DNA from: Azolla caroliniana
Lineage: Eukaryota; Plantae; Polypodiophyta
Reading direction: 5' to 3'
Length of the DNA: 64,000 nt
NCBI GenBank assembly: GCA_043228905.1
Contig: JBHGNT010000014.1
Coordinates: forward strand, 20,832,001-20,896,000
The number at the start of each line of letters is the position of its first letter. Within the stretch, counting starts at the first letter, position 1. Below the pieces are notes generated by a model. It was not told the DNA's origin. It worked only from the letters and a program-made list of their open reading frames with translations, and ran no database searches. Both the position numbers and the translations under genes were made by a program. Shown in pieces: positions 38,900 to 50,348 of the stretch.

Positions 38900-39897
38900 T
38901 CAATTGGCTCGTCGGTAATCTGTTGTTGTTGTGGTGGCTGGTGCTGCTGTTGCTGTTGTTCCGTTTGTGGTTGTGGCTTCGTTTGTCGCTATGGCACCGA
39001 CGTTTCCTGCGTTGGTTCCTCCGTCGAAGTTATTTCTGGCTTACTGACGCCGGCCTGGTCCCCGTCTGGTCCAAGTACCGGCGACGGTTCCTCATCACTA
39101 AGGTTGACCGTTGCCGCCTTTCTCGCTTTTTCTTCCCGAAGCCGGGACCGCTGATAGCTTTCGAACTGGATTTGAGCCTCCAGCCGATTGTCGTCCAGTT
39201 GAGCTACGAGCTGCCGGACCTGTACCAATTGTTCCTCCGCCAGGGCTGTGAAATCTTCGGCCAACTCATCCCTTATGGTGGTGAAGTCCTCTGAGGTCAG
39301 CGTATAACAGTCGTCACCCTCCTTCCGCCGGTTTTCTACGTCTGCCCTGAGCAATTGAAGTTCCATCGTATTCTGCGCCCATTTCGTCCACCAACGCACA
39401 GAGTTGTCGTTAATCAAGCTTTTGGTCTTAGTGAGCCATGACTAGAGGATGCAGTGGATCCGTTCGGCTCCCATCCGTGATGTATTTTCTGCGGCCCTTT
39501 GCTCTTCTTTCAATTGCTTGATGATACGGACCATGTCCGCCTCCTGCTCCCTACAATGCGACAATTGATTTTGATAGGTTGTTTGCAACCTCTGTAATAC
39601 CATTGTCGCTCTTTCCTTATCTTCATGGTTCTGTTTGTGGAGCTCCATCCGGTCATTCGCCGCTTCCTCCAATAGCTTAGAACTCTCAGCTCGTTCTTCT
39701 GCGAGTGCCGTTGTGGCCCTATCAACTTCTTGTCGGAACTCGGCCATCCGTTCCTGCTGTAGCTTATACTCCGTCTCCAGCTGCTTGTAGTCCCGATGCA
39801 GATGATCAAAATCATCGGTCTTCTGCTTCAGCCTCTGGTTGATCTGTCGACGTGCTGTTGCGTTGTTACGCGCGTGCGTGTAGAAAGGCGGGACCAC
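38900..39897 (-). pseudogene. Second extra ORF of F (coiled-coil-like), interrupted
   Basis: ORFs 39442-39897 and 38989-39417 are E/Q/R/K-rich and helical-looking, on F's sense strand. Confidence 0.5.
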
Positions 39898-42863
39898 GAG
39901 GGTCTTGGACTAGGGAGTGACGGAGCGCAGGAAGTCGTGCTTCACCCTTTCCGGGGCACCCCAGGAGCACACCGGAAGCAACCGAATGAGAGAGAGAAAG
40001 AGAGGGAGACAGAGAGGGATCGCGCGCTAGGGAGAACGAAGCAGCACCCTTTTCGGGGCACCCTAGGAGCACACTGGAAGCAACCAAACGAGAGAGAGAA
40101 AGAGAGGGAGACAGAGAGGGAGTGCGCGCTTGACCCCGACTTACGCACACACACACACCGACCCGACTCACGCCCTTGTGTGCAGGAACGCAAGAAGGGG
40201 GAAGCACTCGACACCAACAGAGACACGAGTATACCCAGACAGACACAAAGTATGTATTACAAGGGAAAGAATACAACCCCGACATCGAGCCGGACCAAGC
40301 TAGGGTAGGTTACAACAGCAGTCTGCAACCAAGCCGCCGTCCGGGGAGCTCTCAGGCTCGTCACGCAGAGCGGGGTCTTGCACAGGAGACCGAGCGGGAA
40401 CAACCCTCCACAGTTCACACACACCGCGACGAAGAGGAAGAAGAAGTAGAAGAACTAACCCTAAATCTAACGGTATATCGTCTAACAGAAAATGGGCAAC
40501 CCCTCTACAAGGGACCATCCCTTCCTTTTATAGAACAAGGAGAGGGATGCGTTACAATGTGGGATAAATCTCGATTTACATGGGATTCTTCGTCCCAACT
40601 TGACTCTTATTATTCACACAATTACATGAGGGTGAGTGCACATGGTGCACCCCGCCGATGTAGCCAATATTTCCCGGTTTTCGCCTCTAGACGAAATTAT
40701 TCATGACAGCGCGCGGTCCTCCCGGTCCTTCTGTTGACGGAGCTCTTCCTTCAGCCTCTCGATTTCCGTCTCTACCATTCGTCGCAGCTTGTCTTTTTCC
40801 TGCAGCAATTTCTCTTTTTCCTCCTTCAGCCGGTTGTAAGCATGATGTCCTTTACGCAGGTTTTCCTCTGCCTGGCGGAGATTCTCAGCAGTCTTCTTTA
40901 ATTCTTCTTCGGCCGCCTTCTTCAAGTCGCGTTCGCGGCTCCGTAATGCTTCTTGTGTGGCAAGTTCATCTCGTAATTCCGCATGCTCTTGGGCTTGCGC
41001 CACATCTTTCTCTGGGACAATTTGTGTCTCTGGGGTCTTATTCCTCTGTACATCAACCGAAGTCACCGGTGCTTAGATCTACGTTGCGGTTAAGGCCATT
41101 TTGGCCATGTCTCCTGTGATCCGATCCAAGTCTTGTTCGAGGCACCGTATCCTTGACCGGGTCGTCTCCAGTTCATCGGTTGTGACGAGCAACCGTTCCA
41201 TTTGCGCTCTTTCTTCCGCCTCTATGCATCCGACTACTCTGGCAATTTGGTCTCCTATCCACCGGAGCCATTGGCTGCCGGTGCATTGTTGTTGCGCTTG
41301 CACGGAGGGTTGGCTCATGGGTTCACTCGCCGATGGCTGGTCCTGCCTTACTGCGTCGAGCTGCCCTTCTGGTTCTGCCAGCTGACCACTTTGCCGTTTC
41401 GGTTCTAAGTGTATTTCGGCTAGCCACCCCTTGTCTGCTTGTTCTTGGTCGGCTGGGAAGGTTGGCCTTTGTATATCTGGCTCTTGAGTTTGGGGGCTTG
41501 CCGGTTGTGTAGGGTCTTCTGTGATCGGTTCCATCCGAACCGGTTCCGGTGCCTCCCTTGGCGTGGGATGCTCAGTGTGAATTGCGGGCGTTCCATCCCC
41601 TTGTGGGTTCGAACGCTTCCCGGCTGGCTCAACGGTGCTCTTTACCGGCCGCCACTAGAGGTGCTCCGTGGGTTCTTCCTCCATTTCCTCCGCCTGAGTC
41701 CCGACATTCATTCTTGCCGCCAGGGTGTCCGTTTCTTGTTGCACCGGTCGGTGGAGTGGGCTCTTTAGGGGCCGTGCTGGTGTCTCCTCACTTGCATTTA
41801 TCAGCTGCTTTCGGCTGGCGCGCTGCTTTGCCGCCTTCTTTGCGTCGGCCGTCTTCCCCTTAGTGGCCTTGGAAGCCAACAATTGTTGCCGTTTTGAAGC
41901 AGGTTTCGGGGTGCCGTCCGTTGATCTTCCCCGCTTCTTGGTTTGGACGGGCTCGACCAGTGGCGCCAATAGGGTGAGCCATTGCGTCACCGCATGCCAT
42001 ATTTTCCGGCCTTCCTTGCCGTCCTTTCCTCTTACTATATCAATAGTCGTACACAGCCCGTCGGCGATCAGCACCGGCCAATCCACCTTGACCCCTTCGT
42101 ATGTTGCAATGATCAAGCCTGCTCGGTTCTGAGGCATGACGGGGGGTCGAGGGTACACGTTGTCGTGAAGAAAACCGCCCACAAGAGGAATCGGAGGAAC
42201 AAGGCGTGGGAAACGGCTCTGCACACACGCGCGCCAAGAAGTACATACGAGGATCCTAGGTGGGTAGATTCGGGGGTATGCAGTTAATGCCAAACGGCCT
42301 CTTGACGGGCTATAAAAGGAAGAGGAAGAATAGAAGTGGGGATCTCGCGCGGAGAGGACGAAGTGCTGCCGGACCGTTTCTGGGCGTTTCTCTCTCTCTC
42401 TCTCTGTGTTTCCTTCCTTCTCGAGCTCCATAGCTTCTGTGCAGGGTTCTGAGGAGGCTCGCGCTGTTTCGAGGAACGCCCGAGTGCTTCCGGCAGCACC
42501 TCCGACCTGCTACCCCGTTTGTGTTTCGAAGCGAACAGGCATCGGCATCTGTTCGCCGGCCTGTTCGGTTGTAAACAACCTGTGCCCCATCGAGGGTTGT
42601 AGTCGTGATTAGCCATTTTTGTTAATACACTTATTTAGTCATTCGCATCTGTCTGTGTCGGTGTCTGTTCACGTTCTCCGTGCTGAAGGGCCGTGTCCTT
42701 GCGTATCCCCGGTCCTGCGTAGCCGGTTCTCTCTCTTTCTCCTCCCTTGCTTGCTCTTTGGTTCGAGACCCCCGCGGTCCCGCCTCATTTTCACACGCAC
42801 TTGCGTAATTATCTCGACATCTTTGGTGAACCCGACGTGAAAGAGGCGGCAGAAGAGCAGGAA

Positions 42864-44990
42864 ATGAGAGGGTCGGATCTCGCAGAGGCCATGGCTTCGG
42901 CCGTGGATCGGATTGTAAACGCGCGCGAGAGCACCGGTGCCCTCGACAGAGCTATTGAGGCGGTCGTCGGCACGATCGGCCGGTTCGATGGGAAGGATGC
43001 CACGAAGTATTTGGCGTCCTACGGTGCAGAGATGCTGATGCGGGACATTCCGGAAGAAAGGCGTCTGGCCGGATTTCCCCGAGTAGCGATGCCGAGCATC
43101 CATGCGGAGGTGCTCGAGGTACGGACGGAGAGCCGTACCTGGGAGGAGTTCGAAGGTCGGCTCCTAGAGAAATACGGGCTGGACGACGCGCTCCGGCTTT
43201 CGAAGCGAAGGTTCATGGAATGGGTGGAGTCCCCGGGAAAGGGAAGAAACGCGTCGGCGCTCCTCCGGGAGTTCGAGGAGAACTTCGCACGCCTTTCGGC
43301 GCTTGACAGGATGGTCCTGGATACAAGCCGGGTCCTGCTGTTTGTCAAATCGGTTGACGAGAGGGATCGGAGTCACGTGGGCGCCCTGCTAGAAACCGAA
43401 GACGGGCTCACTACCGACTGGGCGGCTGTCAGGAAGGTCTGTGGCCGTTTCGACAAACGGCGAGAATGGGCGGATGACGGTGCGACCGGGTCGGGCTCGG
43501 TCGCAGCAAGGAAGTTCGAACCAGCGCCACGGGTGCGAAAGGAAGGGACCGGAGAGTGGTTGGACACCGGTTCGGCTTCGACCGGCGTAGTCACAGGCTC
43601 AACCGGAGGAGCGGCGCTGGAGGAATTGACGAAGGCGATAAAGGACCTCCAAATCGCGCAGGCCCGAAGGGAAGGAGGCGAACCGGCTCGTGACCAACGG
43701 CCGGCGGCAGGAAACAGGTGCATGTGGTGCGATGAAGTCGGCCACATTCGGAAGGACTGCGGCGACTTCGCGGAGGCGCTGAGGAACAGGGTGGTGTACC
43801 TGTGGGAAGGACGGGTGCATGCCAGCGACACCCGAAGGGCCCTGAGCCGAAACGACGGAAAGGGTGGTATGAAAAGGTTGATGGAAGAGGCGGCGGCCCG
43901 ACACGCGGAAACCGTCCACTACTCGGCGTCAGCCGGCATTCGAGTCGGGGGCGGCGAGGCCCGGGGGGAAAGCAAAGCCGGATTCTGGCCGACGATGCTG
44001 GAAGGCCTTGCCGGTGCAGGGCTTAAAAGGGAGGAATCGGACCGTGCGGAGAAACGGGTACGGGAGATGACCGGGTGGAGCGACCCGGTCGAGGAAAAGA
44101 CGGGCTTCGTGGAAGCCGCTTGCAGGAACTACGAGGCTCTGGTAGAAGAGAAGCGGGTGGGGAAACCCGGGACGACCGGGCCCTCACAACGATACGAGAC
44201 CCGGTCCGGGCCACGACGGGACGAAGCCGGCGGGGCCGGTACGCGAGATAAACCCCAGAAGGGCGGGTACCGTCTGGGGACGGAGATAGAAAGAACCACG
44301 GACTTACGAAAGGTCCTGGAGGAACGGATCCTCGACAGTAAGGTGGAGCTGTCGTTACGAGAGGTGCTGGGAATCGCCAAGAAGGAGTTCCACGACTCCA
44401 TCGTGGACTTGGTGAAACGGAAGAGGCTGTCGACGGAGACAGAACCGGAAAGACCGGTGGAAGTGCGGACGACGCACCTAGACGACATGGCGCTGGGAGA
44501 CGAGTGGGCGGAAAGCCACTATTCGAGACCACATTGGGCCCGAGCGACCACGGAAACCCCGGTGAAGATCGGCGATGTCCAGGAACCGGTGGTAGCTTTA
44601 GTAGACCACGGATCGGAGATCAATTTGATGTCCATGGACTTCTATAAGAAGGGCAAATGGCCGATCAACACCAAGCACGGGTGGAAAATAAGGGCAGCAA
44701 CGCGCGCCACCGAGGAACTGCACGGGGCCTGTCCGAATGTGCGAGTCAAGATCGGCGATGTCGAGATTGACCAGCACTTCTTCGTGCAGGAGACGTCTTC
44801 GCATCCGGTCATACTGGGAGAGCCGTACATCACGGCGGCGCGAATGGAGACCAAGGTGCTGGACAACGGTTCGGCCTATGCGCGGGTCAAGAGCCAGGAC
44901 GGGCGCCATTCGGTCCAGTTTTTGACGGTCAGGCCGAACCACGAGCGTAACCGCGACTCCCTCGGTTCCGATAACCGAGAGGATTTTTAG
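42864..44990 (+). CDS. Gag-protease of G
   Basis: Zinc knuckle CMWCDEVGHIRKDC and aspartic protease motif LVDHGSEIN..VILG; no stops. Confidence 0.9.
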   Translation: MRGSDLAEAMASAVDRIVNARESTGALDRAIEAVVGTIGRFDGKDATKYLASYGAEMLMRDIPEERRLAGFPRVAMPSIHAEVLEVRTESRTWEEFEGRLLEKYGLDDALRLSKRRFMEWVESPGKGRNASALLREFEENFARLSALDRMVLDTSRVLLFVKSVDERDRSHVGALLETEDGLTTDWAAVRKVCGRFDKRREWADDGATGSGSVAARKFEPAPRVRKEGTGEWLDTGSASTGVVTGSTGGAALEELTKAIKDLQIAQARREGGEPARDQRPAAGNRCMWCDEVGHIRKDCGDFAEALRNRVVYLWEGRVHASDTRRALSRNDGKGGMKRLMEEAAARHAETVHYSASAGIRVGGGEARGESKAGFWPTMLEGLAGAGLKREESDRAEKRVREMTGWSDPVEEKTGFVEAACRNYEALVEEKRVGKPGTTGPSQRYETRSGPRRDEAGGAGTRDKPQKGGYRLGTEIERTTDLRKVLEERILDSKVELSLREVLGIAKKEFHDSIVDLVKRKRLSTETEPERPVEVRTTHLDDMALGDEWAESHYSRPHWARATTETPVKIGDVQEPVVALVDHGSEINLMSMDFYKKGKWPINTKHGWKIRAATRATEELHGACPNVRVKIGDVEIDQHFFVQETSSHPVILGEPYITAARMETKVLDNGSAYARVKSQDGRHSVQFLTVRPNHERNRDSLGSDNREDF

Positions 44991-47900
44991 AGAGGACTGC
45001 CAAGGCGTGGGGCCGCGACAGTCCGGAGGCTCCGGGAAAACCCCACATTTGTACGATAAAACCGTGTACGACAGGTAGGGTATTTTGCTTCTCCGACAGC
45101 GGAGCGTGTACGATAGTCGGCATCGGCGGCCGAGAGAAGACAAAGGCGGAGGGGAGACTTCGAGCGTGCGGAGTTCTCGGCCCTGACGAGGAAATCAGCG
45201 GAGCCGTGGAGGCGGTCTCATTCGACGACACCTTGGGGACGCTGGGAAAGGTGGTCGAAGAAGGCCTTAACGAAGACCGGACGATACCGGTGTGTTCCGA
45301 GGAGATGTACGGAGTCATCATGGACTTCGGTCGAGGACTCGAGTCAGTTCGGACGGCCCGCGTAAGCACCAAGTACAAGACTGTGGACCGGAAGGTAAGG
45401 CCAGTCGCGGCACCCTTACCGGAGGACAGCGCGTCGAGAATCAAAGGGGTTGCATCGGACCCTAGTCTACGAGATCCGGCCTGCATAGGGCACACCTTCA
45501 CCGACGAGACGCTCCGAGAGCTCAAAATAGGTGGGGGCGGGTTCCTACTGCCGGCGGAGGAAGACCGGTTTCGGAGAATGCTCGGAAGGCACGGGAAAGC
45601 CTTCGCATTCTCGCCGGAGGAAATCGGGTGCGTTGACCCGACGATCGTGGAGCCAATGGTGATATTCACGGTACCGCATGTACCATGGAATCTCAAGCCA
45701 ATCCCGGTTCCGAGAGCTCACATCCCGAAGTTGATGGAGCTGCTGAGGCAGAAAGTTGATATGGGAATTCTCGAGCCGTCGAGCGCCCCATATTCGAATC
45801 GATGGTTTACCGTACCGAAGAAAAACGGTTCGTTGCGCTTCATCCAGGACCTGCAGCCGGTCAATCGAGTGACCATTCGGAACGCAGGGATCGGACCGAC
45901 CATAGACGAGTTCGCGGAGGCCTTCGCCGGAAGGTCAATTTACTCGGTCGGGGATCTATACTCAGGGTACGACCAGTTCCAGCTAGCCGTGGAGAGCAGA
46001 GACATTACGACGATGCGAACTCCCCTCGGCCTAGTTCGGATGTGTACACTGCCGCAAGGAGGGACCAACTCGGTGGCCCACATGGTGAATGCGATGAACA
46101 AGGTTCTGAGGGACTGTATCCCGGACATCACCATGCCGTTTCTGGATGACATCCCGATCAAGGGATGCCCGGTGGAAGAAAAGGACGAGACGATCGGGCC
46201 GGACGGATGCCGGCGATTCGTGGCGACGCACATCGACGACTGCGAGAAGGTGCTGCAAAGGCTAGAGGATGCGAGACTCACCTTCTCCGGGGAGAAGTCG
46301 GCCTTCGGGCAGTCAGAAATCATGGTGGTCGGACACCTGTGCGGACCATATGGCCGGAAACCGTCTCCGGCAAAGGTAGAAGCCATCTCAGCGATGAAGC
46401 CCGACTGCAGCTCGGTCACGGAAGTACGGAGATTCCTGGGGGCATGCGCGTTCTACCACATATGGATCCCGCATTACGCACACGTCGCGGAGCCACTTTA
46501 CGGGTTGCTGAGAAGGGGGCGAAGGTTCGAATGGCTGGACGAGCACGCGGAATCGGTCCGGAAGCTGAAAGAGGCCCTTGCAGCGGCACCGGCACTCCGG
46601 AAGGCGGTATACGGGAAGGGTACCCCGGTATTCATAACGGTGGATACCAGTCCGACCGGGATCGGATGGGTCGTGAACCAGGAAGACGAGAACGACAATC
46701 GGTTTCCGATCCGATTCGGCGCGAAAGTCCTCAGTGAACGGCAGCGAGGATACGCCCAGGTTAAACGCGAACTCTGGGGTATTGTTTCGGCGGTTAAGGC
46801 CGACAAAGACTACCTGATAGGGACAGAAGTGATCATCGAGACGGATTGCCTGCCGATTCTCGGTATGGTTTCCGGATGCGCGACTCCGGACCTGGCTATG
46901 CTCAGGTGGATAGCGTACATCAAGTCCCTGGACCCGGAAATACGACACATTTCCGGGAAAGACAACGCCATGGCCGACATGCTTTCGAGGGTGAGGTTCG
47001 ACGACGAGGGCGGCATGGTTTCGGAAGACGAAGAAGTCGGCGTGGATTTCTTCGAGGCGGCGTACATAACGACCGACGGGATGAGCACTCCGGCGCTTAA
47101 CGAGTTCGACGCGAGCAAGTACGACGGGGAGTGGCTGCAGATCGGCGGGTTTTTGAAGACAATGATGCCCGATGCGTCATGGACGAAGGACGAGGCCAAC
47201 CGGATCCGGAAGAAAGCATATCGATTCTTTCTCCGAGATGGGAATTTGTGGAAGCACCCGAAGAAGAGGAACGGCGTCCCGCTCCGGGTGGTGGCGATGA
47301 AGGAAGAACAGGAGAAGCTACTGGCGGCCCACCACGACAGCCCTTGGGCTGGACACCGTGGAACGTGGGCGACATTTGAGAAGCTGAAGGGGAAGTACTG
47401 GTGGCCGGGATTGTACCGGGACGTGCATCGGTTCGTGTCAACTTGCGAGAGTTGTCAGATGCACTCGATAGTCCGACACCGGGACGGGCTTCGCCCTACG
47501 TACCCTCCGACTATCCACTTCAAATGGATGGTAGATCTGGTGACGATGCCGATGGGGGTAGGACAGATGCGGTATCTGGTCCTAGCACGGGAAGACCTGA
47601 CGAACCAGGTGGAAGGCCGAGCCCTTCAGAACAAGACGACCGCGGCCGTGTGTCGGTTCCTAATCGAGGACGTGATATGCCGGTACGGGTGCGTCGGGAA
47701 GATCGTGGCTGACCGAGGGGAGTTGGACGCCGAAGAAGCCGCGGAGCTATTCGACCGGCTGGGGGTCAAGCTCTCGCTCACCACTGCGTACAATCCGGAG
47801 GCGAATGGAAAGGTGGAGCGCGGACACGGACCGATCGTCAAAGCGTTGGTTCGGGCATGCGGAGGCCGAATCGGTGACTGGCCGCGGCTCCTACCTTATG

Positions 47901-48469
47901 CTTTGTGGGCAGACCGGACCACGCACAGTTCGGTAACCGGGTACATGCCGACAGAGCTCATGTTCGGCCAGAAGCCGATCATGCCGATTGAACGGACGAT
48001 CTCCTCGTGGGCAACGGTCGACTGGAGGGACGAGATGAGCCGGGAGGAGTTGTTGGCCGCGCGTATACGACAGCTCGAGCGGAGACCGGAGGACGTGGCA
48101 CTGGCTACGGAGAAGCTCCGGGTGGCGAGGACAAAGAACAAAGCCCGGTTCGACCGAACGCACCGGCTACGACCGAAGAAAATCGACGAAGGTGACTGGG
48201 TGCTCGTCTACGACAGCAGCCTCGACAACCAGCACCGAGCAACGCGGAAGTTCGCACAGAGATGGTTCGGGCCGTACACGGTACAGAGCGCCAACGACAA
48301 CGGGACGTATCATCTGGCGGAACTCGACGGTACGAGAATAGCGATACCCGTGGCCGGGAAGAGGATCAAAGCTTTCAAGAAGCGGCACGACGACGAACCC
48401 GACCCGATTCTCCTGGACAGCAGCGACGACCGATCCGAGGCCGAGAAAGGGCCGGCAGGCGAAGAGTAA
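44981..48469 (+). CDS. RT-RNase H-integrase of G (probably via -1 frameshift)
   Basis: -1 frame is open from GGATTTT (44981) into ORF 45206-48469: LPQG, FLDD, VDTS, HHCC, D,D,E and GPY motifs; no chromodomain. Confidence 0.9.
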   Translation, partial: GFLERTAKAWGRDSPEAPGKPHICTIKPCTTGRVFCFSDSGACTIVGIGGREKTKAEGRLRACGVLGPDEEISGAVEAVSFDDTLGTLGKVVEEGLNEDRTIPVCSEEMYGVIMDFGRGLESVRTARVSTKYKTVDRKVRPVAAPLPEDSASRIKGVASDPSLRDPACIGHTFTDETLRELKIGGGGFLLPAEEDRFRRMLGRHGKAFAFSPEEIGCVDPTIVEPMVIFTVPHVPWNLKPIPVPRAHIPKLMELLRQKVDMGILEPSSAPYSNRWFTVPKKNGSLRFIQDLQPVNRVTIRNAGIGPTIDEFAEAFAGRSIYSVGDLYSGYDQFQLAVESRDITTMRTPLGLVRMCTLPQGGTNSVAHMVNAMNKVLRDCIPDITMPFLDDIPIKGCPVEEKDETIGPDGCRRFVATHIDDCEKVLQRLEDARLTFSGEKSAFGQSEIMVVGHLCGPYGRKPSPAKVEAISAMKPDCSSVTEVRRFLGACAFYHIWIPHYAHVAEPLYGLLRRGRRFEWLDEHAESVRKLKEALAAAPALRKAVYGKGTPVFITVDTSPTGIGWVVNQEDENDNRFPIRFGAKVLSERQRGYAQVKRELWGIVSAVKADKDYLIGTEVIIETDCLPILGMVSGCATPDLAMLRWIAYIKSLDPEIRHISGKDNAMADMLSRVRFDDEGGMVSEDEEVGVDFFEAAYITTDGMSTPALNEFDASKYDGEWLQIGGFLKTMMPDASWTKDEANRIRKKAYRFFLRDGNLWKHPKKRNGVPLRVVAMKEEQEKLLAAHHDSPWAGHRGTWATFEKLKGKYWWPGLYRDVHRFVSTCESCQMHSIVRHRDGLRPTYPPTIHFKWMVDLVTMPMGVGQMRYLVLAREDLTNQVEGRALQNKTTAAVCRFLIEDVICRYGCVGKIVADRGELDAEEAAELFDRLGVKLSLTTAYNPEANGKVERGHGPIVKALVRACGGRIGDWPRLLPYALWADRTTHSSVTGYMPTELMFGQKPIMPIERTISSWATVDWRDEMSREELLAARIRQLERRPEDVALATEKLRVARTKNKARFDRTHRLRPKKIDEGDWVLVYDSSLDNQHRATRKFAQRWFGPYTVQSANDNGTYHLAELDGTRIAIPVAGKRIKAFKKRHDDEPDPILLDSSDDRSEAEKGPAGEE

Positions 48470-50014
48470 AGGCGGGCCGGTTTTCTCCGTGCCAACTTAA
48501 TTTGGCGCATACCGGTGGATGCGCGGTTAGGTGGGGGCGGATGTCGTGAAGAAAACCGCCCACAAGAGGAATCGGAGGAACAAGGCGTGGGAAACGGCTC
48601 TGCACACACGCGCGCCAAGAAGTACATACGAGGATCCTAGGTGGGTAGATTCGGGGGTATGCAGTTAATGCCAAACGGCCTCTTGACGGGCTATAAAAGG
48701 AAGAGGAAGAATAGAAGTGGGGATCTCGCGCGGAGAGGACGAAGTGCTGCCGGACCGTTTCTGGGCGTTTCTCTCTCTCTCTCTCTGTGTTTCCTTCCTT
48801 CTCGAGCTCCATAGCTTCTGTGCAGGGTTCTGAGGAGGCTCGCGCTGTTTCGAGGAACGCCCGAGTGCTTCCGGCAGCACCTCCGACCTGCTACCCCGTT
48901 TGTGTTTCGAAGCGAACAGGCATCGGCATCTGTTCGCCGGCCTGTTCGGTTGTAAACAACCTGTGCCCCATCGAGGGTTGTAGTCGTGATTAGCCATTTT
49001 TGTTAATACACTTATTTAGTCATTCGCATCTGTCTGTGTCGGTGTCTGTTCACGTTCTCCGTGCTGAAGGGCCGTGTCCCTGCGTATCCCCGGTCCTGCG
49101 TAGCCGGTTCTCTCTCTTTCTCCTCCCTTGCTTGCTCTTTGGTTCGAGACCCCCGCGGTCCCGCCTCATTTTCACACGCACTTGCGTAATTATCTCGACA
49201 ACGTGGCCGAACTCATGGAGCACACGGGCAATTTCGCGGAATAACATATCTTCGCCACCCTGTGTGCTGTAGCCCTTGCTGGCAAGAGAGTACTCACCGA
49301 AATATTTGATGAGTTGCTCGAAGGTAGGATTGTCGATCGTGTAGATGCCTCCCTTCAAAAGGCCTATTAACGCACGGATCGCCTCCTCCGTGATCACCTC
49401 TCTGTTGATTTCTTTGATAATCTTTTCGGCCTCCTTGTGTGGCGCCGTCTCCATGATCGTTAAGAAACCCTCGAGTCCGTGCTGTTGTAGCCATTTCTTG
49501 GCGGCTTCAGATAGCGTTTGGCAGTCCATTTCTGCGTCGAGGTCGGAGAGCGTTGCCGAGGTTTGGTGGTGGGGAGAGTGTGAGAGAGAAAGTTCTGAGG
49601 GAGGGGGTTCTCTGTGTGCGAGCTCTCTACGATTGATCTTCACGCGTCTGTCTACGCCTGTTCTCCTTGGTTCGCGATAGGAGAAGGTCTCGATGCATGG
49701 GGGTTTTTCTCTCTGTATCTTGGCACCTTTTTCGAGACTCCGCATGTGCAGGTCGTGTACTATAATAGCATTGCGTGCCATGTGGCGATGGTTTAATGTC
49801 CTATTCATAGCCCCTCGTACCTTTTCGACGTGCCTCTTTACTCCTCGTTTGCGTGGCCGTTTCCACCATTCCTTTTCATGATTTATTTGATTCGCCCCTT
49901 TATTTGATTGATTGATTTTTATTTTTATTTTGTAAAGTAAATTGTGTGGTTAATTTTTCTCCGGTCATGTCGGACCCTTACCCGAAACGCGCACCTTGCC
50001 GGCCTCTTGACGGT

Positions 50015-50348
50015 TTGCCGTCGTTATGCTTTCCCCGATTGTCGGCTCGTGCTCCCCCTTACCGGCTTGGTGGTAGCCGTTTTCCTCATGGGTTGCCGTT
50101 GTGGTTGGCCTACTGGCGTCTGATTTGGTGGCGGTCCTTCGTGCAAATGGGTTCTTGGGCATAGGTCCTTTGTATGGCTTGTTGCCGTCGTTATGCTTTC
50201 CCCGATTGTCGGCTCGTGCTCCCCCTTACCGGCTTGATGGTAGCCGTTTTCCTCACGGGTTGCCGTTGTGGTTGGCCTACCGGCGTCTGATTTGGTGGCG
50301 GTCCTTCGTGCAAATGGGTTCTTGGGCATAGGTCCTTTGTATGGCTTC
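50015..50348. repeat. ~167-bp tandem duplication at the end of F integrase
   Basis: 50015-50180 is repeated at 50182-50348. Confidence 0.85.

Larger units (their letters stand above)
42161..49200 (+). mobile_element. Intact young Ty3/gypsy element G
   Basis: 659-bp LTRs 42161-42819 and 48542-49200 (one difference seen, 42699/49080), 4-bp TSD ACGT, PBS TGGTGAACCCGACGTGAA at 42824 (tRNA-Trp), G-rich PPT ~48529-48541. Confidence 0.95.
40701..49529 (-). pseudogene. First extra ORF of F, split by G
   Basis: MDCQTLSEAAKKWLQQHGLEGFL..HEFGHV|YPRPPVMPQNRAG..VDWPVLIADGL rejoins in frame across G. Continues through 41655, 41079 and 40701 segments into a coiled-coil-like region. Confidence 0.6.

Noticed and set aside
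44929-45696. 255-aa antisense ORF and other overlapping ORFs in G and the copia elements
   Set aside because: Shadow ORFs expected in GC-rich coding DNA; no motifs.
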